A stretch of DNA of 64,000 nucleotides from Lytechinus pictus (GCF_037042905.1 NC_087250.1:7318001-7382000); one strand, 5' to 3'. Positions 1 through 12,790 are shown, counted from the first letter of the stretch. Notes: generated by a model from the sequence alone, not told the origin. Translations and numbers: made by a program.

Positions 1-24
1 AACCAATTACATAGGAAACATTTT

Positions 25-335
25 GGCCCGTATTCTGAAGTCGGGTTTAACTTAAACTCAGGTTTAAAGTTGTGGTTTAAGTATGGATAGCCAATTGTTA
101 CATAAATCACTGACGGTAGAGATATTATATTTCAGCTCATTTGGCTCTAAAATGCTTCATAATTTTCTAGGAAGTGTAAATAGATGATTGTCTTCGCCAT
201 CGATGAATCAGGAAAGAGCACAGCAAACATAAGAAACATACAAATTAATAAAAATTTTGACACTTTTGAGTTCCCATAATTTTAACACAGATTTAGACCA
301 TGGTCTAAGTTAAACCTGACTTCAGAATACGGGCC
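25..335. mobile_element. MITE, PIF/Harbinger-like
   Basis: About 30-bp TIRs GGCCCGTATTCTGAAGTCGGGTTTAACTTA / TAAGTTAAACCTGACTTCAGAATACGGGCC; non-coding. Confidence 0.8.
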
Positions 336-1919
336 TTAATGTCTAGGCTAAAGCCATTGGCTAACATTGATTTGACTCTTTTTACAAATCTGAGCTGCGA
401 GGTCCCATTTGTCACCTGTGTCTGTGATATGTAAAAAAAAAATGAAACCCAAAAAAAAATCGCGTCCGAAAATCATTAGTTAGTGCTTCAAAAAGTGAAA
501 TATAAAGTGACCGGAAACACCATTTTAATTTCATCACATACACTTATGTGTTCTATTATTATCGCAACGATACAAATTACACTAAATCTTCGATTATAAC
601 GTATCAAAAGCATTTCTTTTGATTTTTTTTTGGTTTCAGATTTTTTTAGGTTGATAGAAAGGCATCCATGTACATATTTCATCTCTCCTTTGTTTTTATT
701 TTATTTTAATTACAATCATGTCTATAACGTTAACTTATGTCTTTAATAAGGCACAGTAGCTGACTTTTAATATATAGAGGACAAAAATTACTCTCGGGTC
801 TTTTTTCATCAAAGTGGAAACAATGACAGAGCGGGTATTCGAATTCGCAACCTTATGATCATGAGTCCAGTGCTAAAACCCCTAGAACACACGTACTTTT
901 ACCAATATATTTTGTTTAGATGTTTCTCCTATTCTTAAAATCAACCTATTGTCAGGTCGAACTTCCTCTTTATGTTTCTGGCAGATTAGTGCAATATAAA
1001 AAAAATTCCACGTTATCATCGAATATACATCTGAAATGCATTCACGAGAAATAAGAATTGATGGTGTTTATCTTCTCTTCTTCTATTAAGTAAAGATAAA
1101 TTTAATAATTGAGTCTGTAAATCAAAGGTTAATTGTCACATTATCCTTACTTCTAGATCTGCTACTACAGGACTTAAACTGAATCTGAAATTGTAAAGAG
1201 ACGAACTCTAAGCCTAAAAACGATCACACTGAAAATCACCAACACAGATAAGCACACATGGGACAGTGCATTATTATTTCTTGGAACAAGACCCTACAAA
1301 TTGCTGAAATGTTAGGGCCTCTGCTTATTTTGCTTTTTGAGAACTTCCTTAAATGTATAGAAATATGGAATCCATTTTTAAGAGGAAATTCAGGGTTGTC
1401 TGTTGTCATTGTTTTTATCAATCTGTCGACTGCGCGGGCCGCGAAATTATTTTCCCCCAAAAGTTCCGGACCCCGATATGACTATTCATGCTTTCTTCTT
1501 CGGAATAACAGTGGGCTGCGCGTGGACATTGTGGTCGTTCGCGGTGCATGCCGTGAATGAATCAATCAGCACATGTACTATACCCCTTTAGTCCTTAGGC
1601 TTAGATCTATAGATCCAATTCTTAAACACTTATCAAAGTGCAATTTAATGACACTATAAAAATACTAGGCTAAGGTAGGCTAGGCTATGGCTTACCTATG
1701 GGTTAGGGCATAGTATCTAAAATCTGGACCTGTCTAATGCCTGGAGCCAAAAATGCCATGGTTAACTTAGAATTGGTTAAAGGTAACAGTAGATCTGCCG
1801 ATACCCTTAATCATAGGCCATATAGGCTTCTTTAGATGCAATTCTTAAACACTTATCAAATTGCCATTAATGACAAGACAAAATCAAGGCTAATTGCCCA
1901 AATATTATCATAAATCTAG

Positions 1920-2085
1920 ATAATAATAATAATCCGTTTTTTATATAGCGCTTAATACATCGGAACGACGTGTCTAAGCGCTTTACAGATATATTATTAC
2001 CCCGGTCATCGGATTCAATCAGTCATTCCCGCACACAATGTGTGCACATCCTCCACTCCCTGGGGAGTATTCCAGTCAGTCGCCA
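1920..2085 (-). mobile_element. SINE 3' fragment with L2/CR1-like tail
   Basis: (AAT)n followed by TATAGCGC...AAGCGCTTTACA...TATTATTACCCCGG; related fragments at about 25860, 31130 and 40780. Confidence 0.6.
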
Positions 2086-2628
2086 GATCAGTAGATCTGT
2101 TACATTTAATGTAAACTTTTTTTGTAAAATAATGACATCCTCGCTCAAAATCGATAACTATGATGATGATCACTAACACAGAAAAGTATATGTGGGACAG
2201 TGTATTAATATTGCTTCGAAAAATATCCGACGTTCGATGGAATTCCGTGCTTATTTTGCTCATTTCTCAGCACGTTTATGCATTTTCTTTTAGAGCTATT
2301 TAGCAATACATACAAACACTTTGGTGGTAATTTCAATGAATTTTGTTCGAACTCAATTTGAGATCGTTACAACTGGGTGGTATGCCCCCTACTTTTCTTT
2401 AATTCCGAACATTACGTTTACTTAGTACGTTAATCAATGAGATCAAATCAATGCCCTATAGCCTACGCTAGCAATATCTTAGCCTAGCATGTTGTTTTGT
2501 CACTAATGGCAATTTGTTCAGTGATTAAGAATTGGATATACAGTAGATATAGATCTAAGCCTTAAGGCATAGAAGGGTACCGGCAATTTTAGGGTGCTGA
2601 TTGATTCATGGCACATACAACGCGAACA

Positions 2629-4067
2629 TATGGCAATCCCTTTTAACATTTATTCACATTTTCTCATCATGCTCATATCAAGAATTAGACATCTTGATAT
2701 CGAGAATTAGATTTCTTGATATCAAAAATGTATTTCTTGATATCAAGTATTAACTTCTTGATATCAAGAATTCACTTCTTCATATCAAGAATCCACTTCT
2801 TGATATCAAGAATTCACTTCTTGATACCATAAATCGTTTTATGATATCAAGAATTCATTTCTTGATATCAAGAATTCACTTCTTGATACCATAAATCGTT
2901 TTATGATATCAAGAATTCACTTCTTGATATATCAAGAATTCACTTCTTGATATCAAGAATTCACTTTTTGATATCCATAAATCGTTTAATGATATCAAGA
3001 ATTCATTCATTTCTTGATATCAAGAATTAACTTCTTGATAGTAAGAATTAACTTCTTGATATCAAGAATTCACTTCTTGATATATCAAGAATTAACGTCT
3101 TGATATCAAGAATTAACTTCTTGATATTAAGAATTCACTTCTTGATATCAAGAATTAACTTCTTGATATATCAAGAATTCACTTCTTGATATCAAGAATT
3201 CACTTCTTGATATTAAGAATTCACTTCTTGATATCAATAATTCACTTCTTGATATCAATAATTCATTTTTTTATAGCAATAATTCATTGTTTTATATCAA
3301 GAAATCGATTCTTGATATCAAGAAAATAATTTGCGTTCGAAATCAAATTGAATTCTTGCAATACATGAATTACGCTCGGTGTCAGAGAAGAATTCTTGAT
3401 ATTAAGAATTCACTTCTTGATATATCAAGAATTCACTTCTTGATATCAAGAATTCACTTTTTGATATCCATAAATCGTTTAATGATATCAAGAATTCATT
3501 CATTTCTTGATATCAAGAATTAACTTCTTGATAGTAAGAATTAACTTCTTGATATCAAGAATTCACTTCTTGATATATCAAGAATTAACGTCTTGATATC
3601 AAGAATTAACTTCTTGATATTAAGAATTCACTTCTTGATATCAAGAATTAACTTCTTGATATCAAGAATTCACTTCTTGATATCAAGAATTAACTTCTTG
3701 ATATCAAGAATTAACTTCTTGATATATCAAGAATTCACTTCTTGATATCAAGAATTCACTTCTTGATATTAAGAATTCACTTCTTGATATCAATAATTCA
3801 CTTCTTGATATCAATAATTCATTTTTTGATAGCAATAATTCATTGTTTTATATCAAGAAATCAATTCTTGATATCAAGAAAATAATTTGCGTTCGAAATC
3901 AAATTGAATTCTTGCAATACATGAATTATATACGCTCGGTGTCAGAGAAGAATTCTTGATATTAAGAAATTAATTCTTGATATCAAGAAATGAATGCTTA
4001 ATTGATATCAAGAAATCTAATTCTTGATATCAGAAAATGTGAATAAATGTTAAAAGGGCTTGCCATA
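2629..4067. mobile_element. TA-flanked TIR element filled with a palindromic 21-bp satellite
   Basis: About 35-bp TIRs (TA)TGGCAATCCCTTTTAACATTTATTCACATTTTCT / AGAAAATGTGAATAAATGTTAAAAGGGCTTGCCA(TA). Confidence 0.85.
2685..4032. repeat. Tandem 21-bp satellite CACTTCTTGATATCAAGAATT with a ~0.5-kb higher-order duplication
   Basis: Dozens of units; the block at about 2916-3408 recurs at about 3409-3965. Confidence 0.95.
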
Positions 4068-4254
4068 CGAACGACCCAAAGCGATCACAAGTTTGTAAAG
4101 AAAAGTCTACGTGCATGCGTACTCTTATTCCGAAGACGCGAGTCATGAATATTCATATTGTGGTCCGGCACTCTTGAGGGAAAAATAATTTCGCCGCCTG
4201 GATCCGCCTATGTATACCATAATTATAATCGATTGACCTATCTTTAACACACAG

Positions 4255-4419
4255 GTATGGTACTACATGGTTTCCTCGATACTCGGCTCTCTGATGGGGT
4301 TAGTTCTGTTTGTAATGCACATCTTGGCCGCCATTTTGGAAGGATATAGCTTTTGGCACGATTGGGAGTGCCAGCCTGGGAATTCCGGGTCCTGGAACCC
4401 AAACTGTGGCAAATCATTG
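4255..4419 (+). CDS. MS4A/CD20-like tetraspan protein, exon encoding TM3 and the Cys-containing extracellular loop
   Basis: acacag|GTA...TTG|gtaatt, 165 nt, phase 0-0: VWYYMVSSILGSLMGLVLFVMHILAAILEGYSFWHDWECQPGNSGSWNPNCGKSL; splices in frame to 13107. Upstream exons were not found in the window. Confidence 0.8.
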
Positions 4420-4429
4420 GTAATTTGTT

Positions 4430-4555
4430 CCTTTAAAGACAGAGAGAGACGCTCCATTCAACTCGGCTTACGCCTCGTTGAATAGAGCATCTTTCTTTCA
4501 CCTCATGCGAAATGTTGCACCATCGCACTCATGCCTATTCGCTATGTGTATGCAT
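4430..4555. mobile_element. Partial palindromic element (Crypton-like hairpin family)
   Basis: Centre TTCAACTCGGCTTACGCCTCGTTGAA and right arm are homologous to 12615-12790. Confidence 0.55.
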
Positions 4556-4615
4556 ATTGTACAGCGCCTACTTAGCTTGTTGTACGCGAGCAAATGAAAG
4601 GCTGAATGCAAAGAC

Positions 4616-5808
4616 CAACGAACGTAGAGGGCAGCAACACACAAGCGTGTTGCTCTAAGGAAGGTCAACTCCGCTCGAATTTTGTGACCACTTTAAAAAA
4701 TTAAGGTGGGGTTTTGTGAAATTTGTCGAGTTGATTTTTTTTCATTTGTTAATTTCAAATATTTTTTAATGAACAATTATTAGATCGGTTATTCTGGGTA
4801 TAAATATTAAAAATATTACTTTCATTTTTAAAGAAAATATTTAGCTTAAATAATCATGATTTTGACATTTTTCCTAATTTTGGAATATTAAGTCTGTGAC
4901 GAGGATACCTCATATCTCTTATTTTCTTCTGCTGAATTTCGCTGCACCACTAATAAATGCATAGACAACCACCGTAATAATCGAGGTCATTTTTCTGGCT
5001 TGGGTGCGCCGAGTCTGGGCCGGTCGCGCAGCTAGCTAGTGACATTGATGATGCGCTGGGGCTTCAGGCGACTCGTCATAGATCTAGCAACTTATCCCAA
5101 TGACGTCTAATTTGCCTGGCCTGATTTGAAGTGTAATGGCTTCAGGGCTGATGTTTATCAACGATGATTGTTCAAGGTTAGATTTTAAATTTTAAATGTC
5201 ATTTGACTTTTAAGTCTATAAATCTGAAATAAAGGCGCTGTATCCCCGAAATCCGGGTCTAAATTTCAACTCTGAGTCCGAGACCATGGCATGGACGGCG
5301 AAAAAACAACCCATGCATCGGATACGGATGCATTGCATTGGCTGCGCGCTGCGCTGCAGCTGCACTGTGATGATGGGTTCAGCGAAGAGCTCAGAGAAAA
5401 TAAGGTGGTTATATTCAATCCCGAAATGCTTTGCGAGTGGTCACAAAATCGTCTCGACGCAAATCACCTAATACAGCTGTCTGGTGAAATCGCTGATAAC
5501 AACAATCACCGATTTGGTAATGATTTTAGTTTCCTGAAACTTATATTTGTAAAGTTTTAAATATCAAAGTATGTTTTTATATGTATGTATATTCCTCAAC
5601 ATATTTTTTAAGTTATCTTTGATATTGTTGTAGTCATATTCTTTCATATTCGTTTTTTGATCACTACTAATTTGTTGTTGTATTAGATCGGCATTTGATT
5701 TCGTTGGCATGAACAATAAAATACGCGCGCAGCTCAGCTGCATGCGCGTATCGAGTTGACCTTCCTTAGAGCAACACGCTTGTGTGTTGCTGCCCTCTAC
5801 GTTCGTTG
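4616..5808. mobile_element. Non-autonomous DNA transposon with 8-bp TSD, P-element-like
   Basis: Perfect TIRs of about 56 bp (CAACGAACGTAGAGGGCAGCAACACACAAGCGTGTTGCTCTAAGGAAGGTCAACTC); TSD GCAAAGAC at 4608-4615 and 5809-5816. Confidence 0.9.
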
Positions 5809-8800
5809 GCAAAGACCTTATAATATATTACTAGACCGAAAGCTGCGTGCGCGTTCAGCACAAAACAAATGAGATTAGGCTCCGCCTACCGCGATCATTT
5901 GAAGACAAAAATAAGCCCTCATTGACATTCATGAGCATGAAGATATTCATAATCCGGCCTTTTCATTGGCTAAGAGCGTCATTAATACGCGATTTCCCCG
6001 ATTCTTTGTCATCGATACTAGTGGTATCGTGTTACAGAAATAATTATTCATTTGACCTCATTACGTCATCTAATTTATTCATTCTGAAACTTTTCTTTCC
6101 ACACACAAAATGGACCTACGAACACTCCGGTGAGTACGTATAAATTGATATAACCACATGAATTCAGTGGACTATTTACACATTTCACACTGTATTTTGT
6201 GATCTTAGGTTATTTCTTTAACAAATTAGAGAGTTTGCTATCATTCTTCTGTTAAAGGAAAGCAGAATTTGGTACTTGAAATTGAAGTTAGATTGTCATC
6301 GTCGCCCAGTGCAGCCTGTATGTTGCTTGCAGTGTATTTTGTACGGGCTCCTAGGCGGCTGGGAATCGAGAGATAATCGGGCTGGTTTGGTTCACCTCCA
6401 ACAAGGACCAACCCACGATTGATCAAATTTAAAACAAGAAGAATGAGGCTTCTTTTTGTACACTGTAACGTTAGATCTAGAGGGAGATCTGCATCTGTTT
6501 TCAGTAGATCGAGACTCAGTCAGGAATAAACTGTGAAGCGGAGTGTGGATCAAGATACGCCTGTCATACCTGTCATTGTGTCAGTCCTCACTTTGTTTCA
6601 GATATCAAATTTATTTTGCATAACTTCAGGCTTCTGCATTTAGCCCCCACCATTTTAACTCTTATTGTTATTCATAAATATATAGACTCGGTCTTAGAAA
6701 TAACATGCTGCTCTGCATGTTTGTCTTATTATCAATAGATCTATGACCTAGGCTAGATCTTCTTAATCCTAGGCCCTACTTACTTTATACTTAGATCTAG
6801 GCTACTTTACTTTTATTTATTCATCGATGCTATCAAGAGCTAGGCCTACCTAATTAAAATCTAGTCTAACTTATACTTTCCCAACCCTCGGCTTGATACT
6901 TACCCCCAGGGCTTATGATCTAGGTCTGTAATTTAGGCCTAGATCTAGGTCTGGGCCTAAACGACTCCATTTACATGTACGAGTATAACCGTCAGTGGAC
7001 CAAGGAGTCAGACTAGATCTAGATCTACTATCAGTCAATAATGGCAATGAAGTCTTAGCCAGGAATAAAAGTCAAAGTCAGACATCAAAAATTTCTAAAC
7101 CGATATAGGGTTTAGAACCGAAGCTTTACTTTCTAGGTCTAGATAGATCGAGAGTCCATCGTTGAATGCTGTCGCACAGCATTGAGTCTCGTTGGACTAG
7201 ATCTATATTTTCTTACAAATAGATCTAGACCTAGTGCATGAGATTATGAAATTATGTTAATATCTAATGAAATAAGATTCGGAAATAAAAAGATCCAGAT
7301 TTTTTTTTTTTTTTTTTTTTTTGGGGGGGGGGCAGACATGTGAAAAAATTGAGAGAAACCTAAAATTCAGAAAGCGAGGGCCAGAAGCGACCAATATTAC
7401 CTAGGGCCGTTTTGTGCATTTTCTTAAGTAAAATTGAAGGATGTCATGCAATTCTCTTTTTGATGAAGGTTTTCACATTTCAGCTCTTACCCAAACCCCT
7501 CCCCCTATACATACGGCCATGAAAAAGATCACTTTTTATTATTGTTCTCTCTCTTCTTTCACAAACAGGTTGAGTTTGAAGAACAAGAAAAACATTAGAG
7601 GTCTACCTATATGGTTCAAGATGATGATCATAAGTGCATGCATCATTTTGCAGATTCTCATCCAGGTATAAAACTTAAACTAACCCATATACAAAATTAC
7701 AGATACATTACATGCATTGAATGTTAACCATGTTTACATTAAATAAAAATAATCTGAGTCACAAAGAGGTAGGATCTGTAATGAATATACACTTCTTAAA
7801 TATACAGGCTCTCGAGTCTAAAATAGAACCAATGCCAAAAGTTATGTACCTTGGGCAAATTTATAAAATAAGGTCATGTCCTTGATCTACTAGTAATTAA
7901 ATGGCCTTTTTATTTCCTATTTGTTTATAAACAAAGCAATATTTATTTTTCATATTTTACTAATTTCATTTTATGCATTCTTTAGTGTGATATTCATATT
8001 TCATATTTGTAGATTTACGATTTTTTAAAAATCTTGTTATTTTACATTTTGTCCAATAGGATGGTGCAGTTTTACAATTTCCATGGAGGTGATTGATGAT
8101 GATAAATAATTGGTGAAGTAGGCCTAATAGAACAGCGACTAGACCACAAAGAGAAATACAACCTACAGCAGTTATATGAGTGAGTTAATTAGTGAATATT
8201 TTTAATAATGGAGGTTGTTCACATTTTTTGGTAACAAATAGACATGCCTTTGAAAAACCCATTTCAATTTTGTTTTTAGATTATAGTTAGTGTCGTTTTT
8301 AATCACAGATCAAAATATTCTGTGCAACAAACATATCAACTTTAATTCTGACTATTTATATAATTTACATATGTTGATTCATATATTCATATTTATGATA
8401 AATCTCTGGCATTTGTTCATAGAGAACATGTAGTTATAATGGAGAGTGGTATGTAAACTGCATAGAACAGGTTCAAGTGATATGCTTTATAGAAGTACAA
8501 GTTTATAATTAGTAGAAGTAAGATTTCCTGTTATGTGTTGAAGAAACATATATATGTATAGTCTCACATTTCTTAAAACATTTAAGTTTCATAAATCACG
8601 ACAATTTTAATTTAAATTCATTGATTTTCTTTCTCTATTTTTTCAATTTGCAGGACTGGTGTAACAGATGTTTTCATTCAAGAAATCCAACAATTCAACA
8701 TTGAAGAGTCTGACTTAGGAACCACTTGATGAAGATGGAAAAGTTTTTTTTTTTCCAAGTCCAATTTTTCACCAAAAAATTTTTTTTTCACAACCCCAAA

Positions 8801-10002
8801 TTCATGACGTATGAAATTTCTTGTTGATTTTCATTAAAACTGGTTGCAAAAGGAGAAGCTATAAACATACAAATAGGAGCGGCGGAGTGAAGTTGAATGT
8901 GGGGAAAATGCTGTATTACATGAAATTTTTAAGAAGTTGTGAGCGAGCAAAATTTTGACATTTTTAAAAAGAAAATCTAAAATATTCAGAATGATATATT
9001 TCACCCTTTTCTTTCCTTTTCTCTTTTTTTTTTTTTGGGGGGGGGGGGCAAGAGTCCTTGAAGCCCCCCTCCATCTGTACGAAACTGCTTATATACCCCA
9101 CTCATGAATTATTAAACTTAATGCACAAAGGATTTCCTTCATAACTATATTATCGAAATGAGAATATTGTTTTCTTGTTTCAAAGGGCAATCGTCATGGT
9201 GACCATAAAACGGGTTCTTCTCAGGTGAAAGGGGCACAGAACAAGTTCTTTAGGAGCACTTTTCTTGGGTAAAAGGGGGCAGTGATTCGAGAAAGGGCAC
9301 TTACAAGAAGGCAAGGGGGCACTCTTTAACACATGAAACGGGCCCTCAGATGAAAGGGCACAGAACACGTTCCGGGGGGGGGGGGTCATTTTTGGGTTAA
9401 AAAATTGCATACAAGGAAGAGCACTTGGTAACACCTAAAACAGGTTCTCGTCAGGTGAAAGGGACACAGTACACGTTCGTGAGGGGGCATTTTTCTTGCA
9501 TAAAAAGGCACTTTTCAGTGCTTCAAGAAGTAGGGGGAACTGTGCCCCCCCCCCCCTCCCCAGGATCGCTGCCCCAGCATACAAAAAAATTATTTTGGTT
9601 CAAAGTATTAACATACGCTTAAGAAAAAGGTAAAGCTTAATCCTCTGATAATGTGATATATTTTTATGGCTGATTAATAAAATTCACCACTAACCAGAGA
9701 ATTCCTTTATGTCTTTCATTTGTGTTCATATAGTATTTGTACAGAGCTAAAATGAAAGGGATTTGGAATTGGCAAAATTGAAAATGAGATGAAGATCGAG
9801 AGAGGGAAAGAGTGATGAGAAGTGGGTTGAAAAGAGATGAGAAAGAAATGGAGGGGCACATATGAAGAGATAATGTAGAGGGGGTGGTAAGAGAGCTAGA
9901 ATGTGGGAAGTAGGAACAAAAGGGGTGGAAGAGAAATAAGACGAGATTTATGGAAACCAGGAGACAGATAACAAGTGGGAAAAGAAGAAGGAAATATATG
10001 AA

Positions 10003-10810
10003 GAGTTTAGTTGCAAAAGGGGTTAGGACCATTCCGAGAAAAACCAAGTTTTTATTCTCACTTATTGCAATATTCTTCTGAGAAACTAAATTGTCATGAT
10101 GTACTACTCTATCATGTGAACAGTGAACATAAAATTGGGTATAAAAGAAATCTACCTGTCTTCAATTTTTTCTATATACTTAAAAAAAAATATCATTGTG
10201 TACCTAACCCCTTTTGCAAGTAAATTGAAGTGAATCCAATCTCTTTTGATTAAAAAAGTGATTTTTTTTTTGCCACTTCCATTCACGTTTTCATTTGAAT
10301 TTCAAATTTCCTTTGGTATCATCAGAGCGACTGAAAATTTAGAGGTTTAGAGACAGAAAACAATAAAATATATGAAAAATGGACCTAACCCCTTTGACAA
10401 ATGAGTTCTGTATTGGTTGCAAAAGGGGTTAGGTCCACTCCCAGAAAATATATTTTTTTTAAAGATTCTCCCATATTGCAATATTCTTATGCAAAACTGA
10501 ATTTTCATGATACCCTACCATGAGAACATAAAATTGGGTATAAAAGAAATCTACTTGTCTTCATATTTTTGTAGATATTATTTTCCAAAAAAGTCTGTGT
10601 GGACCTTAACCCCTTTTGCAACTAAACTGAAATGGACCTAACCCCTTTTGAAAAAAAGGTGATTTTTCTTTGCCATATTAGTTCACTTTTTAATAGGAAT
10701 TTCAACTTTTCTATGGTATCATCTTATATAGCTACTAAAAATCTATACATTAAGACATAAAAATCAAGTTTGATGAAAAATGGACCTAACCCCTTTTGAA
10801 AATGTGCTCT
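10003..10810. mobile_element. Two tandem copies of a ~400-bp TIR element
   Basis: GTTGCAAAAGGGGTTAGG ... CCTAACCCCTTTTG motifs; internal sequence of 10003-10408 is repeated in 10414-10810. Confidence 0.65.
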
Positions 10811-12100
10811 ACATATTATGTAGGAGAAAGGCGGCACAAAAGAATTTTGAGTGGGAAAATGATTAAATGGAGAAAAAAACAGAGTAAGAAATGCTGGAGA
10901 ATAAAGGGGACAGGAAACGTATTAAACATGATAAATTGGGGCCCGTTTCATCATGAGTTACAAGTATGGTAACTACGATGGTATAACCAACCAATCATAA
11001 TCAAGGTTACCACGGTAATCACAAGAATAGCAGTGTTTTTAAATAGCTGTAATTCATTATGAAACGGACGCCAGATGAAGAAAGAGCGCACGGGGATCCA
11101 TGAAGATTTTTTTTTTTTTTTTGCTTCTCGAAATTTGTTTCTAACAAGAAATGTACTCTTTAAGTGGTGACAGTTATTTTTTTCAGTAACCATAGTCTCA
11201 ACCAGTGAAAATTACCATCAAATTGTTATAACCATGTTTTGCCCCCACCCCCGCCCCCTCCCCCCAAAAAAAAAAAAACTTTAGGTCAGTACAACAGCCC
11301 CCTTTGATCTTTCCGCGGCCTCTGCCGGCTATAATTTAGAGTCGAGATTCTTTACATTTGTTAAAAACTAAGATTGCTGTATATCTTAACATGTGACAAT
11401 TTAGGGATGGCAAAAGCACTAGAGACCTCTTTACCTAATCACGACTTGATCTATTCTTTTTTTCTTCCCTTTTGGAATTGACAAAGGCCTATAAGACGCA
11501 ATGCAAACAATGCTTTGTTTTTAAGTGATATCGCTTGTGATATCGATACTTTATAGAGCGCAACGTATCGCCTCAGATTTGCGCTTGCTTGATTCGCTGA
11601 ATCCTTCGCGTCACGAGCGCGTAACAAAATGAATACATTAATGAATTTGCCAAGTTGACCTTTGTCATTGCGCTGATGTGCGTATTGTCTAATACACGTA
11701 TAAAACCACAGTTGACGAGGGAGCATCGTACGAAATTAATATTAATGAGGGCTTATTTTAGCTTCTAATGGATTAAACAAAATGGCGGTAGCTTCGGGGG
11801 CTTGGCTGAATGTGAAACATTCGTACCGTTGCGCACAAGACGTACCATCCAAAATGTACCGTCCAAAAACAGTTGCACGGCTTTAGGAGGTGACGTCACA
11901 ATACGATTTAATAAAAAAAAAAAAAGAATGAAGGTGCAATGCGCGTGTAAGCCTGCTGGCTAAATGCTGCCCGAGGTCATGTCCGCTTGTGGGATTTTGC
12001 TTTTCGCTTTCTATATTTTGCTCCCTTTTCATAGATTACTGCAGGGAAGAACTCTTTTTTTTCCTTCATATTTTCGCTAAATCCCGAGACGTTGTATGAT

Positions 12101-12601
12101 GGGGGGGGGGGGGACCTAAAGCTACGCACTTTGTTTACAAACGATAAAAACTGTGCCAATTTTAATATTTGAACAAATTATCTTTCACTAATTTGTGGCA
12201 AACATTCTAAAGATCATAAACTAAGAAGAAAATATCACAAAACTCACAAATACAAAAATCCCGCCGTGTTTTCCGAACACCTCTTAATTTCGCCGGCCGA
12301 TGTAGAAGGGGTCCTAAAGCTATGCACTCGATTTTTTCATGCAAAAAAATTGTATTTCCTGTGCCTCAAATACTAAAATAAGTTCTTATTATTATAGGAA
12401 AAAATGAAATTAAAATGAATGCAACTCCAAAATTCCAAAGAGTTGAGGGTTTTCTTTACATTTAGAGGTTAACTGCAGCCTCAGTAAAAAAAAGTTGAAT
12501 ATGAATCGTTCGTCACTCTGCAGTCACAGTTTCACATTAAGAATGCGCATTTGCCATTGAAAACTGCAGGCGCGATGAGTGGTGCGTAGCTTTAGGACCC
12601 C
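12101..12601. mobile_element. MITE
   Basis: TIRs GGGGGACCTAAAGCTACGCAC / GTGCGTAGCTTTAGGACCCC, with a third internal copy at about 12308. Confidence 0.7.
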
Positions 12602-12614
12602 ATACCATTATACA

Positions 12615-12790
12615 ACACAAATAGAGAATATTCGTATTCGTGCAATGGTGCAAGATTTCGCATTCGGTGAAAGAAAGAGATACTCTATTCAACTCGGCTA
12701 ACGCCCTCGTTGATTGGGGCATCTTTCTTTCATCTCGTGCGAAATCAGCTCGCACCATCGTACTCATGCCTATTCGTTGTTTTTGTACCC
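12615..12790. mobile_element. Palindromic hairpin element (Crypton-like)
   Basis: Imperfect inverted arms of about 80 bp around the AACTCGGCTAACGCCCTCGTT centre. Confidence 0.6.

Larger units (their letters stand above)
1430..4200. mobile_element. Old foldback-type element hosting younger insertions
   Basis: 1440-1660 is the diverged reverse complement of 2500-2628 joined to 4068-4197; ends are approximate. Confidence 0.5.

Noticed and set aside
2685..4032. CRISPR-like palindromic repeat array
   Set aside because: No unique spacers, eukaryotic context, bounded by TIRs
5286..5560. Transposase or THAP ORF in the P-like element
   Set aside because: No THAP C2CH or DDE motif recognisable
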